Positions 42,859 to 52,314 are shown, numbered from the stretch's first letter. The stretch: 64,000 nucleotides of DNA from Clostridia bacterium (GCA_017415485.1 JAFQGP010000009.1:9305-73304), one strand, 5' to 3'. Translations and numbers: made by a program. The notes: generated from the sequence alone by a model not told the origin.

Positions 42859-44379
42859 ATGGCAAAGAAAGCTTTAGCGTTGATACTCGCACTTCTCACG
42901 ATCCTTCCTTTGGCAGTAGCCTGCGCAGAAACAAACGTCGGCACCGATGACACCACCGCCCCCGAAGCAACTATTGCTCCTTCCGGCACCGATGCCGTCA
43001 CCGAGCCCGTCGAAACCGAGCTCAAGAGCGCAACCCTTCCCGATGATCTCGACTTCAAGGGCGAGACCGTGACCATCCTCAGCCGCGATGCCGCGTTCGT
43101 CAGCGATGAGCTGTGGGTCGATGACCAAAACGGTTCAATGGTCAACGACGCGATCTACAAAAGAAACGAAAAAGTAATGCAGCAACTCGGCGTCAACCTT
43201 GAAAGCATCAAGCTCACGGGCGATGCTTACCTTGTTTCCACCGAACTCCGCAACGCTGCTTCGAGCGGCGAGACCTATTTTGATATTGCCGCGAACAGTA
43301 CGTACTCCACAATTATGTACACAAGCGAAAATATCTTCCTTGATCTCACCGATTGCGAATATCTTGATCTCGATGCGATCTATTGGTCGCAGGGCTACAA
43401 CGAAAGCGCATCCATCGGCAATTCGCAGTATCTTGCAACCGGTGCCATCGCACTTTCGCTCTACCGCCTTATGTTCATTACCTTCTATAATAAGAATCTG
43501 CTTCAGGCGGCTCAGTATGAAAATCTTTATACCGTCGTTGACGAGGGCAGATGGACTCTTGACTATCAGATCCAGCTTGCGAAGGACCTTTATAAGGACG
43601 CCGACGGCTCGGGCACCGTTTCCGAGGGTGATACCGTAGGCTTTGCAAGCTCGAGCCTCAGCTACATCGACCCCTATTGGTCGAGCTGTGATCTTACGAT
43701 CCTCGGCAAGGATGCAGACAATCTGCTGGTATTCAGCCTTGATATCGAAAAAATGAGCAACGTAGTCGATAAGCTGATCGTTCTCTTCAACGAATCCAAC
43801 GCTTGGTTCGATACTTCCTCGGGCGATGACGGCAAGCAGACCGCTATGTCGAACCTCTTCACCTCCGGTACCGTCGGCACCGCAACGATGCGTCTTGGCT
43901 CCGTTGAGACAGAGCAGTTCGTTACTATGCAGGATGAATACGGCATTATTCCTATGCCGAAGTATGACGAGAATCAGGAAAATTACCACACCTTCCTGCA
44001 CGACCAGTTCACCTCCATCGGTATTACCTCCGTTCTCGCAAAGGATACGGAAAGAGTGCAGATGCTCGGTGCAGTTCTTGAGGCAATGGCTCTCGAAAGC
44101 TACAAGTCGGTTGTTCCTACATATTATGAGGTTGCTCTCAAGGGCAGATACCTCGAGGACAGCGATTCCTGGAGAATGCTCGATATGATCTATGAGAACG
44201 TCAAGGTCGATGCGGGCGTGCTTTACACCAAGAATATCGAATCGGTGCATCAGTCTCCCAGAGATATGGTACTCAACGGCAGAAACACCGTTGCATCAAT
44301 GATGAAAAAGATCTCGACAAGAGTGCAAAATGTGCTTCTCCCGAAGCTCCTTGATAATCTCTTGGCACTTGAAAAATAA
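42859..44379 (+). CDS. SBP-like lipoprotein (paralogue 5)
   Basis: ATG at 42859 after GAAAGGAA; lipobox LPLAVAC. LPDDLDFKGETVTILSRD and VNDAIYKRNEKVMQQLGV align with paralogues 1-3. Confidence 0.75.
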   Translation: MAKKALALILALLTILPLAVACAETNVGTDDTTAPEATIAPSGTDAVTEPVETELKSATLPDDLDFKGETVTILSRDAAFVSDELWVDDQNGSMVNDAIYKRNEKVMQQLGVNLESIKLTGDAYLVSTELRNAASSGETYFDIAANSTYSTIMYTSENIFLDLTDCEYLDLDAIYWSQGYNESASIGNSQYLATGAIALSLYRLMFITFYNKNLLQAAQYENLYTVVDEGRWTLDYQIQLAKDLYKDADGSGTVSEGDTVGFASSSLSYIDPYWSSCDLTILGKDADNLLVFSLDIEKMSNVVDKLIVLFNESNAWFDTSSGDDGKQTAMSNLFTSGTVGTATMRLGSVETEQFVTMQDEYGIIPMPKYDENQENYHTFLHDQFTSIGITSVLAKDTERVQMLGAVLEAMALESYKSVVPTYYEVALKGRYLEDSDSWRMLDMIYENVKVDAGVLYTKNIESVHQSPRDMVLNGRNTVASMMKKISTRVQNVLLPKLLDNLLALEK

Positions 44380-44384
44380 TTATC

Positions 44385-44552
44385 CAATTGTAAAACTTCG
44401 TTTTACAATTGCCCCGCTCTGCGGGGATGCGCGCCATTATCGCCGCCGCCAAAATCGAAGATTTTGACGGCTCCCCTCGGCGCGCGGGCTCGCCTTGCTC
44501 GCCTAAAAGGTGTTTTTTCGGTCGGCAAAGCCGCCGAAAAAACTGATTTTCA
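44385..44552 (-). repeat. composite repeat B3 (inverted copy; palindrome CAATTGTAAAACTTCGTTTTACAATTG at 44385-44411)
   Basis: Reverse-complement module order of B1, B2 and B4. Starts 6 nt after the stop of paralogue 5. Confidence 0.9.
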
Positions 44553-44699
44553 GAAATATATAAAAATCAGTTACTTGAAGAATAATAAGAATTTTCGCCG
44601 TTCTCGAAAGGGAGCGGCGAAAATTTTGTTACATTTTAGTAAAACGCAGATATTATTGGTATACTATAATATAGGTAGCAAATCGAGAAGGAGCGCGGA

Positions 44700-45614
44700 A
44701 TGAAAAGGATCGTGCGCGCGGAGGAGGACGGCATCAGCCTGCTTGCTCTGCTGAAGAATAAATTAAAGCTTTCAACAAGAACAATAAAAGTGCTGAAATA
44801 CCGCTCGGGCGGGCTCAAGGTCAACGGCGAGGAGGTCACGGTGCGCCGTGTGCTTCGCGCTGGCGACACGGTCGAGCTTGCTGTTGAGGACAGGGAAGAG
44901 GAGCGCGCGGAATCCGTCGTTCCCCGCAAGCTTCCGATAAAGATACTCTACCGCGACGCGAGCATTACCGTCTGCAACAAGCCGCCCAAAATGCCGACTC
45001 ACCCTTCACACGGGCATCTTGACGACACCCTTGCCAATGCGCTTGCCTTCTTGGCGGCGGCAAAGGGTATTCCATTTGTCTTCCGCCCCGTCAACCGCCT
45101 TGACAGCGACACAAGCGGCATCGTTCTCACCGCCAACGACCGCATTTCTGCGGGCAGAATGTTCACGGCGATGAAGAACGGGGAGATCAAGAAGACATAT
45201 ATCGCCATCGTCTGCGGAGTTCCCGAGCCGATGCGCGGTGTGGTTGACGCACCGATAGCGCGCGCCGACGTCGGCATTCTTATGCGAACCGTTTCCGCCG
45301 AGGGCAGAGAGGCGCGGACGGAATATAACACCGCCGCGGTTTCTCCGGACGGCAAGTATTCGATGGTCGTCCTGCGCCCGCTGACGGGAAGAACGCATCA
45401 GATCCGCGTACATATGTCATATATCGGCTGCCCCCTCGTCGGTGATTTCCTCTATGGCGAGCGAAGCGAGCTGATCGACCGCCACGCCCTTCACGCCGCA
45501 AGGATGACTTTTTCGCATCCCGAGGACGGCAGAAGCATAACCGTCAGTGCCCCACTGCCCGACGATATGCTCGCACTTTACGAAAAACTGATACGGAGTT
45601 CGGATGATGAATAA
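44700..45614 (+). CDS. RluA family pseudouridine synthase
   Basis: S4-like N-terminus, VNRLDSDTSGIVL catalytic Asp motif, and GRTHQIRVH. Confidence 0.9.
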   Translation: MKRIVRAEEDGISLLALLKNKLKLSTRTIKVLKYRSGGLKVNGEEVTVRRVLRAGDTVELAVEDREEERAESVVPRKLPIKILYRDASITVCNKPPKMPTHPSHGHLDDTLANALAFLAAAKGIPFVFRPVNRLDSDTSGIVLTANDRISAGRMFTAMKNGEIKKTYIAIVCGVPEPMRGVVDAPIARADVGILMRTVSAEGREARTEYNTAAVSPDGKYSMVVLRPLTGRTHQIRVHMSYIGCPLVGDFLYGERSELIDRHALHAARMTFSHPEDGRSITVSAPLPDDMLALYEKLIRSSDDE

Positions 45615-46737
45615 TAACGAAAATATCGAGATCAAAAACGAGCGAAAAAAGCGAACGCTTTGGGGACTTCCCATCTTTTCGTGGGTGCTTTTCGGCATCG
45701 CGGCGTTTTCTGTCATTATTATGATAACCTACAGCCTGTGGGAGGGCTTCGCCGATTTCTACAATCGCTACCCTGCCGCATTTTTGCGCGGAGTTTTTGC
45801 GCAGATCTCGGGCATCCTGCCCTGCTCGATAGCCGAGGCTTTCATCATTTTCAGCCCGATCTTGCTCGTCACGATAATTGTTTATGCAAACAAGCACTTC
45901 GTTGAAAGCTGGCGCACGGTCGGAAGGTTCCTGATAATCACCGTTTCGGTCGCGTCGCTCTTCTTCTCGACCTTTGTGCTCAATTTCGGCGCGGGTTATC
46001 ATACGAGCAGCGTCGATAAGCTCCTCGGACTCGACCGCCGCGACGTCAGCGCGGAAGAGTTGCGCGAAACCGCGGAGATCCTTGTTGAGGAGATCAATAA
46101 ATACACCGACAGCCTCGCCGTCAGATCGTCGGGTTCAAGCGTGATGCCCTATGGCTACGGCAAACTCAGCGAAAAGCTTGTCGAGGCTTATGACAAGGTC
46201 TGCGATGAGCACGCTTTCGTTTCGCGTTTCCCTTCCCGCGTCAAGCCCGTAATGCTTTCCGAGCCCTGGACTTACACCCATATTTCGGGCGTTTATACCT
46301 ATTTCACGGGCGAGGCAAATATCAACGTCAATTTCCCCGATTACACACTTCCCTATACCGCCGCGCACGAAATGGCGCATCAGCGAGGCATCGCGCGCGA
46401 GGACGAGGCAAATTTTGTTGCATTTCTGGTCTGCGCGGCATCGGATGATGAATATATTCGATACAGCGGCTATCTCAATCTCTATGAATACGTCGCAAAC
46501 GCGCTCTATTCGGCGGATAAAGAGGCATATTCCGAGGTCCGCGCCAAGCTTGAGCCCGCGGCAAGAAAGGAAATGAGCGCATACAGCGCCTTTTTCGATA
46601 AATACCGCGAAAACGTCGCCGCGAACGTCACGGGCGCGGTGAATAACGCCTATCTGACCATTCAGGGCACGCCCGGAACAAAGAGCTACGGCATGGTCGT
46701 TGATCTTGCGGTCGCGTATTTGAGGAACGCAAAATAA
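45604..46737 (+). CDS. DUF3810-type membrane protein with HExxH motif
   Basis: N-terminal TM helices and the AAHEMAHQRG motif. Overlaps the upstream gene by 11 nt. Confidence 0.78.
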   Translation: MMNNNENIEIKNERKKRTLWGLPIFSWVLFGIAAFSVIIMITYSLWEGFADFYNRYPAAFLRGVFAQISGILPCSIAEAFIIFSPILLVTIIVYANKHFVESWRTVGRFLIITVSVASLFFSTFVLNFGAGYHTSSVDKLLGLDRRDVSAEELRETAEILVEEINKYTDSLAVRSSGSSVMPYGYGKLSEKLVEAYDKVCDEHAFVSRFPSRVKPVMLSEPWTYTHISGVYTYFTGEANINVNFPDYTLPYTAAHEMAHQRGIAREDEANFVAFLVCAASDDEYIRYSGYLNLYEYVANALYSADKEAYSEVRAKLEPAARKEMSAYSAFFDKYRENVAANVTGAVNNAYLTIQGTPGTKSYGMVVDLAVAYLRNAK

Positions 46738-46832
46738 TTTACAATTTTCTTGAAAAATTACTTCCATTTTTCGTCCTGATATGATATAATATATTATGTG
46801 TGACTTTATACTTCGCAAGGGGCTTTTAATAT

Positions 46833-48095
46833 ATGAAAAAGATCTTGGTGCGCGGCGGAAAGCCGCTGTACGGTAATATAAATATCAGCGGTATGAAAAA
46901 TGCCGCACTTCCCATAATTTTCGCAAGCATCCTCGTCGGCGACCGCTGTGTTGTCGAGAATCTCCCTCCCGTCAGCGACGTTGAGCTTTCGCTCAAGATC
47001 CTTGAAACAATGGGTGCGACGATCGAGCGTCTCGGCAACAACACCGTGGCGATCGACACAAAGAATTTCGTCAACGGAACTTCGCCCGTCGAGATGGTCT
47101 CAAAGCTCAGAGGCTCGACCTATCTTCTCGGCTCCGAGCTTGGAAGATTCGGCGAGGCGCGCGTTGGTTCCTCGGGCGGATGCGATTTCGGATCGCGTCC
47201 CATTGATCAGCACATAAAGGGTTTTTCCGCTCTTGGCGCAAAGTTTGAATCCTGCGATACATATAACTACGTCAAGGCAGGTCCCGGCGGGCTTTTCGGT
47301 GCACCGGTGTATCTTGATATCGCCTCTGTCGGCGCAACGGTGAACGTAATGCTCGCGGCAACTCTTGCCAAGGGCAAAACCACCATCGAAAATGCCGCGC
47401 GCGAGCCGCATATCGTCGACGTGGCAAACTTCCTGAATATGTGCGGTGCGCGCATCACGGGCGCGGGTACCTCGGTCATCAAGGTCATCGGTGTCGAGGA
47501 GCTTCACGGCTGTAACTACACCATCCTCCCCGATATGATCGAGGCGGGAACATATATGGCTGCCGTTGCGGCAAGCGGCGGACGCGTCAGCATCCGCGGT
47601 GTCATCCCGAAGCACATGGAGACCGTCACCGCAAAACTGCTCGAAATGGGCGTTGACGTTGAGATCTACGAGGATATCATCACGGTCTCGCGCTATGTCA
47701 GACCGGGTCCCGCAAATGTCAAGACCTATTTCTATCCCGGTTTCCCGACCGATATGCAGCCGCAGTTCTCTGCGCTCCTTTCCGTGGCTAACGGAACCTC
47801 CGTGGTCACCGAAAGCGTATGGGAAAGCCGCTTCCAATATGTTGAAGAGCTCAAAAAGATGGGCGCGGACATCACGGTCGAGGGCAATCGCGCGACGATA
47901 AACGGCGTCGCAAGGCTCAAGGCGGCAGATGTTTCCGCCACCGACCTCCGAGCAGGCGCGGCACTCATCATCGCCGGCCTCAACGCCGAGGGAGAGACCA
48001 AGGTTGCAGGGGTCGAAAAGATCGAACGCGGCTACGACGACATCGTCGGCAAGCTCAAATCCATCGGAGCTGAAGTTGAATTGATTGAAGAATAA
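46833..48095 (+). CDS. murA: UDP-N-acetylglucosamine 1-carboxyvinyltransferase
   Basis: Full-length MurA-like sequence (GMKNAALPI, catalytic Cys in GGCDFGSRPIDQH). Confidence 0.96.
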   Translation: MKKILVRGGKPLYGNINISGMKNAALPIIFASILVGDRCVVENLPPVSDVELSLKILETMGATIERLGNNTVAIDTKNFVNGTSPVEMVSKLRGSTYLLGSELGRFGEARVGSSGGCDFGSRPIDQHIKGFSALGAKFESCDTYNYVKAGPGGLFGAPVYLDIASVGATVNVMLAATLAKGKTTIENAAREPHIVDVANFLNMCGARITGAGTSVIKVIGVEELHGCNYTILPDMIEAGTYMAAVAASGGRVSIRGVIPKHMETVTAKLLEMGVDVEIYEDIITVSRYVRPGPANVKTYFYPGFPTDMQPQFSALLSVANGTSVVTESVWESRFQYVEELKKMGADITVEGNRATINGVARLKAADVSATDLRAGAALIIAGLNAEGETKVAGVEKIERGYDDIVGKLKSIGAEVELIEE

Positions 48096-48140
48096 AGAAG
48101 TACGCTTGTCACGTATGCGACAAGCGTACTTCTTTATATT
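48094..48140. terminator. bidirectional intrinsic terminator between murA and the convergent membrane-protein gene
   Basis: AAAGAAGTACGCTTGTC-ACGTATGC-GACAAGCGTACTTCTTT, a 17-bp stem with A/T runs. Confidence 0.7.
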
Positions 48141-48236
48141 AATTAGTAATTTTCGCCTTGGCGAAAATTTTCCTTCATTTTGCCGAAGGCAAACTATCAT
48201 TCTCGCGCAGCGAGATTATCATTCTCGCTTAGCGCG
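48141..48236 (-). repeat. mini-hairpin array, ATCATT linker (inverse of the AATGAT dialect), overlapping a CDS 3' end
   Basis: TTCATT/ATCATT at 48174, 48196 and 48218 (period 22). Units are attttcgcc-ttg-gcgaaaat, ttgcc-gaa-ggcaa, ctcgc-gca-gcgag and ctcgc-tta-gcg. Confidence 0.85.
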
Positions 48237-48661
48237 ACAGCAGTCTTTTGAGTAAGACTGTGCACAAGCATAATCGCCGTTACCGATTCCGCAATCGTCC
48301 GTGCGGCAAGATTGAGTGACACGGTAAGTGCTCCGCTTGAGTCGATTATTATCCACATTCCGCAGATCAGAAATACTGCGCAAGCCGCAAGAACCGAATA
48401 TCCCCAAAGCTTTGAAAGCGCGTGCGACCACAAAAGATTGAGAAGCAACGCCGTGAAAAGCAAAAGGCAGATGGTCAGGGACATCGAAAAATAGTCGAAG
48501 ATCAGGTAAATACCGCCCGAAAAGCCGCCGAGCATTTCTGTGTATTCGGGATCAGCTATCGTTCGCGCGACCTCGAAAAGGTGGTAGACGGCAAGTGCCG
48601 AGCCGAGCGCGGCGGGGATGACCGTCAGCCAGAATGCGAGGTGCGGATGCTTTTTTTGCAT
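48197..48661 (-). CDS. hypothetical multi-pass membrane protein
   Basis: About 4 TM helices. Its start shares one nt with the stop of the upstream hydrolase gene (TAATG). The last 12 codons (ALSENDNLAARE) are encoded by the hairpin array. Confidence 0.6.
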   Translation of the reverse strand: MQKKHPHLAFWLTVIPAALGSALAVYHLFEVARTIADPEYTEMLGGFSGGIYLIFDYFSMSLTICLLLFTALLLNLLWSHALSKLWGYSVLAACAVFLICGMWIIIDSSGALTVSLNLAARTIAESVTAIMLVHSLTQKTAVALSENDNLAARE

Positions 48662-49491
48662 TATTTAAGCTCCATCGCCCACTTGATCGCAAGGTTTATC
48701 CAATCCTCGCAATGGGGAACGATGCTGTCGGGATTCTGCGAGCAGGTGAACTCGTTGCAAAGCGCCAAGCCGTGCTTTCCTTCGGGGTAGATGTGAAGCT
48801 CGAAGGGAACCTTGTGCTCGGTCAGCGCCGAAGCGTAGAGAAGGGCGTTCTCAACGGGAACAGTCTTGTCGGTGAAGGTGTGCCAGATGAAGGCGGGCGA
48901 GGTGGTCTCGTCAACGTGAAGCTCAAGCGAGAACTCGGCAATAGCCTCGTCGGTCAGCGGGTCGCAGCCCGAAACATTCTTGATCGAGCCCTTGTGCGCC
49001 TTGTCGCCGCCGGTGATAACGGGATAGGAAAGGATGGTGCCCGTGGGACGGTTGATCCCCTCGGGGGCTTCGCCCGATTCGATGCCAAGCGCCTCGCGGA
49101 CGGGCTTTACGTTCCAAAGAGTACCCGCACTTGCGGCAAGGTGTCCGCCTGCGGAGAAGCCGCTGATGAAGACGTAATTCGGGTCGGAATTGTACTTTTC
49201 AGCGTTTTCGCGGATATATTTGATCGCCATTCCCGCTTCGATCAGGGGAGCGTAGTCCTTTGCGTTGGGTCCTATGCTGTAACGGAGAAGGAAAACGTTG
49301 AATCCTGCGGAGAGAAATTTGAAAACTATCGGCTCAGCCTCGCGGTCGGAAAGAAAGTGGTATCCTCCGCCGGGGCAAACAACAACGGTGCGGCGGGGAG
49401 GGAGCTTGAGCTCGGGGGTGCTTGTAATGCAATAGGAAGTGAGAGTAGCCTCGGGATGCTTGTCCCAAAGGGCGATCGTTTCGTGGATCAT
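48661..49491 (-). CDS. alpha/beta hydrolase (esterase, BD-FAE/acetyl-esterase-like)
   Basis: PGGGY oxyanion region and GFSAGGHLA nucleophile elbow. Confidence 0.85.
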   Translation of the reverse strand: MIHETIALWDKHPEATLTSYCITSTPELKLPPRRTVVVCPGGGYHFLSDREAEPIVFKFLSAGFNVFLLRYSIGPNAKDYAPLIEAGMAIKYIRENAEKYNSDPNYVFISGFSAGGHLAASAGTLWNVKPVREALGIESGEAPEGINRPTGTILSYPVITGGDKAHKGSIKNVSGCDPLTDEAIAEFSLELHVDETTSPAFIWHTFTDKTVPVENALLYASALTEHKVPFELHIYPEGKHGLALCNEFTCSQNPDSIVPHCEDWINLAIKWAMELK

Positions 49492-49533
49492 GGTCGAAAC
49501 CTCCGTTTTTTAATATATATTATTAATTATTAG

Positions 49534-49709
49534 CCGATTGTAAAAGCAAGCGAATATAATAAAATCCGTTTTTTCGGCGGCTTTGCTGACCGAAAAAACA
49601 CCTTTGGGGCGAGCAGGGCGAGCCCGCGCGCCGAGGGGAGCCGTAAAAATCGAAGATTTTTGCGGCGGCGATAAGCGCGCGTATCAATTGTAAAACGCAG
49701 TTTTACAAT
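49534..49709 (+). repeat. composite repeat B4 (palindrome at 49683-49709; CCCCGCC..GGG module deleted)
   Basis: Same order of modules as B1 and B2. Confidence 0.9.
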
Positions 49710-49787
49710 TGGCTTATTAATATGTAATAATTGTACCACTTTTCCGCGCCCTCTTCAAGGGGAAAAGCGAAATTTTTCAATAATCAC

Positions 49788-49816
49788 TTGACTTTTTGCG
49801 AAAATAATTGTAAAAT
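49788..49816 (+). promoter_or_regulatory. sigma-A type promoter for the 610-aa lipoprotein gene
   Basis: TTGACT (49788-49793), 17-nt spacer, TAAAAT (49811-49816). Confidence 0.55.
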
Positions 49817-49840
49817 GATATGGTATGGAGGATTTTATCA

Positions 49841-51652
49841 ATGAAAAAACGACTCTTAACTTTCCTTATTTGTGCAATGCTTTTGCTTTCGTCATGCTCG
49901 GGTGACGTGCTTGACCCGATCATCACGAATGCTCCCGAAGAATTTCCGACTTCCGAGTTGACCGAGGCACCCACCAGCGTGTCGCTCGCGGGATACAAGG
50001 TCGTTCGCCCTTCGCTGGCTTCAAATCAGGTGGTTGATGCGGCAGTCGAACTTAAAAAAGCACTTGACAAAACTATAGAGAATATAACGATCGGCGACGA
50101 TTGGCACAGAGAATCCGAAGAGCTTCCCGCAGAGGCGCTTGAGATCCTTGTCGGTGAAACAAACCGTGCCGAGAGCGTTGAGATGAAAAACGGGCTCCTT
50201 GAAGACGATTTCGCAGTTAAATATTATCCCGAAAGCCGCCGCATCGTCATTCTCGGCGGCAGTGACGAGGCTACGCTCAAGGCGGTCTCATATTTTCTTG
50301 AATTCTGCTTCAAAAACGGTGAGATCGAAAGCTCACTTTCCTTCCTCTCCGCGGGACAGTATGCCGTAACGGAATGTCTCCTCAACGGCACACCTATCGC
50401 GGAGTATTCCCTCGTTCTTCCCGATATTTCTGATGACGACGAGGATTACGCGGCTGAGCTTATCAGTTACACGGTCGCGGAAAAGACGGGCATCAGGCTT
50501 GAAACCGTAAAGAAAGCGGATGCCTCGGGCAAGCAGATACTTATCGGAACTGCCGCGCAGAAGACTCTTGCGGCGTCCGAATATAGCTATGGAACCGACG
50601 GAGGAAGCGTGATCCTTTGCGGCGAGGGCGGACTTGTCGTAAAGGCGGCTCGCACGCTGCTTGACGAGCTCTTCCCGAAGGGAAAGGCAGAGGTCTCGCT
50701 GACTCTCGGCGAGCCCAAAGTGCTGAAATTCGAGCGCGCGACATATCCTGCGCTGACCGACTTCGGCACAAAGCCCATCGCGCTTGCCGATCAGCTTAAT
50801 GCAAGTATCGCGGTCTATGATCTTGCCTCGGGCGAGCCCGTGCTCAAATATGAATTCAAACCGCAGGCATCGAAAGGTTTCTCGCTCAAGGGCTACGGCA
50901 ACCGCGTTGACGAGGCGCGCCTGCGTTACAGTGAAAAATGGGGTACATATATCATACTCTTCACCTCGTCCTCGGGCTATTGCGGGGTCGCATCCTATCC
51001 CGCAGAGGAATGCCTGTGGCAGGCGGAGCTTGGCGGCACCTCTCCCCACTCGATCGAGTATCTGCCTAACGGTATGGTCGCGATCGCTTCGTCGGGAGGC
51101 AACAATATAGAAAACGGATTCATCCGCATTTACTCTGCCGAAAAGAAAAACGACGCAAAATATGCAGAAGCACAGCTGACAAGCGCTCACGCGGTCCTTT
51201 GGGACGAAACGCGCGACGTTCTTTGGGCAATGGGAAACACCGCAGTCGTTGCTTACGAGGTCGGCAATGATCCCTCCGTCCCCTCACTCCGAAAGATCGC
51301 GTCCTACGGCTGCAACGATATGAAGAGCGGCCACGATCTTTCCGCAATTAACGGAAATGAGGATCAGGTATGGGTCGGCGGAAGCTTTGTGCGCATCTTT
51401 GATAAGGCGAAAGGAACGATCACCTCAAATTATCCCGGTTCGGCGCAGATAAGCGCGGGAAGTGTCAAGTGCATCTGTTCCTTCCCTGACGGCGATGCAG
51501 CTTTGACCGTTGCGACGGGCGTATACGCTTCTCACAACACCGACCGCTTCAAGCTGTTCAAATTTGATGGAAATAACGTCACCGAGACCTCTTACGTCTT
51601 CGACGGCAGAGCCTTTTATAAGGCGAGAGCGTGGTTTGCAAATTACAATTAA
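49841..51652 (+). CDS. hypothetical lipoprotein (603 aa), C-terminal beta-propeller-like region
   Basis: ATG at 49841. Lipobox LLLSSCSG. I recognised no enzymatic motif. Confidence 0.7.
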   Translation: MKKRLLTFLICAMLLLSSCSGDVLDPIITNAPEEFPTSELTEAPTSVSLAGYKVVRPSLASNQVVDAAVELKKALDKTIENITIGDDWHRESEELPAEALEILVGETNRAESVEMKNGLLEDDFAVKYYPESRRIVILGGSDEATLKAVSYFLEFCFKNGEIESSLSFLSAGQYAVTECLLNGTPIAEYSLVLPDISDDDEDYAAELISYTVAEKTGIRLETVKKADASGKQILIGTAAQKTLAASEYSYGTDGGSVILCGEGGLVVKAARTLLDELFPKGKAEVSLTLGEPKVLKFERATYPALTDFGTKPIALADQLNASIAVYDLASGEPVLKYEFKPQASKGFSLKGYGNRVDEARLRYSEKWGTYIILFTSSSGYCGVASYPAEECLWQAELGGTSPHSIEYLPNGMVAIASSGGNNIENGFIRIYSAEKKNDAKYAEAQLTSAHAVLWDETRDVLWAMGNTAVVAYEVGNDPSVPSLRKIASYGCNDMKSGHDLSAINGNEDQVWVGGSFVRIFDKAKGTITSNYPGSAQISAGSVKCICSFPDGDAALTVATGVYASHNTDRFKLFKFDGNNVTETSYVFDGRAFYKARAWFANYN

Positions 51653-51654
51653 AA

Positions 51655-51678
51655 AAGCAGCAGCCGAGGCTGCTGCTT
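51655..51678. terminator. bidirectional terminator between the lipoprotein gene and yoeB
   Basis: AAGCAGCAGCC-GAG-GCTGCTGCTT, flanked by AAAA upstream. Confidence 0.6.
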
Positions 51679-51682
51679 GAGA

Positions 51683-51943
51683 CTATTCGTAATGTCCTTT
51701 GCATTGGATGATCTCTATGCCGCTGTCTGAATATCTGTATACGATCCTGTTGCACTCGTCAATGCGGCGGCTCCAATATCCGCTGAGATCTCCCTTTAAT
51801 GGCTCGGGCTTCCCAAGACCCTCGTGTCCCGAACGGGATATATCCTGCAACAAGAGATTTATCCGTTTCAATGTCTTTTTGTCTTGCGATTGCCAATAAA
51901 GATAATCATTCCACGCATCTTCCGAAAAGATGAAATTACTCAC
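51683..51943 (-). CDS. yoeB: Txe/YoeB family type II toxin (mRNA interferase)
   Basis: FSEDAWNDYLYWQSQDKKTLKRINLLLQDISR..GKPEPLKGDLSGYWSRRIDECNRIVY..GHYE closely parallels E. coli YoeB. Confidence 0.93.
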   Translation of the reverse strand: MSNFIFSEDAWNDYLYWQSQDKKTLKRINLLLQDISRSGHEGLGKPEPLKGDLSGYWSRRIDECNRIVYRYSDSGIEIIQCKGHYE

Positions 51944-52208
51944 TCGCCATTTCCTCGAGTTCCTTCAGCGATCGAACAACAACTTTTCCTTCCTCGATCT
52001 GTTTTGCAGATCTTTGCAATGCTTCTGTGTTGCTTTTTGCATAAAAAGGATCGACGGAAACTTCAAACGGGATTCTTTCCTCGCGGATCATTTTTTTGGC
52101 TAAAATATTGATAGCGATAGACATATTGATTCCAAGCTCGTTGCAAACACGGTCAAATTCTCTTTTAATGTCTTCATCCATTCTGATGTTAACTGTAGAT
52201 TGTGCCAT
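51936..52208 (-). CDS. RelB/DinJ family antitoxin
   Basis: N-terminal ribbon-helix-helix VNIRMDEDIKREFDRVCNELGINMSIAINILAKKM. Overlaps yoeB by 8 nt. Confidence 0.88.
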   Translation of the reverse strand: MAQSTVNIRMDEDIKREFDRVCNELGINMSIAINILAKKMIREERIPFEVSVDPFYAKSNTEALQRSAKQIEEGKVVVRSLKELEEMASE

Positions 52209-52231
52209 TATGCCACCTCCTTGTATTATAT

Positions 52232-52260
52232 ATTATATCACATTGTGGGTACAATGTCAA
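52232..52260 (-). promoter_or_regulatory. consensus promoter of the antitoxin-toxin operon with embedded inverted-repeat operator
   Basis: Minus strand: TTGACA (52260-52255), 17-nt spacer, TGaTATAAT (-10 at 52237-52232). The inverted repeat ACATTGT-GGGT-ACAATGT (52240-52257) overlaps the -35 and the spacer. Confidence 0.7.
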
Positions 52261-52314
52261 TACAAAACGTATAATTCTCAATAACAATATTTCCCTTTTT
52301 GAATAGGTAACAAA

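Noticed and set aside
52209-52314. A strong sigma-A promoter for nrdG on the plus strand.
   Set aside because: A TATAAT exists at 52270-52275, but there is no acceptable -35 at 16-18 nt (GGGTAC). nrdG may rely on a weak, activator-dependent or extended promoter. Only the divergent antitoxin promoter is convincing.
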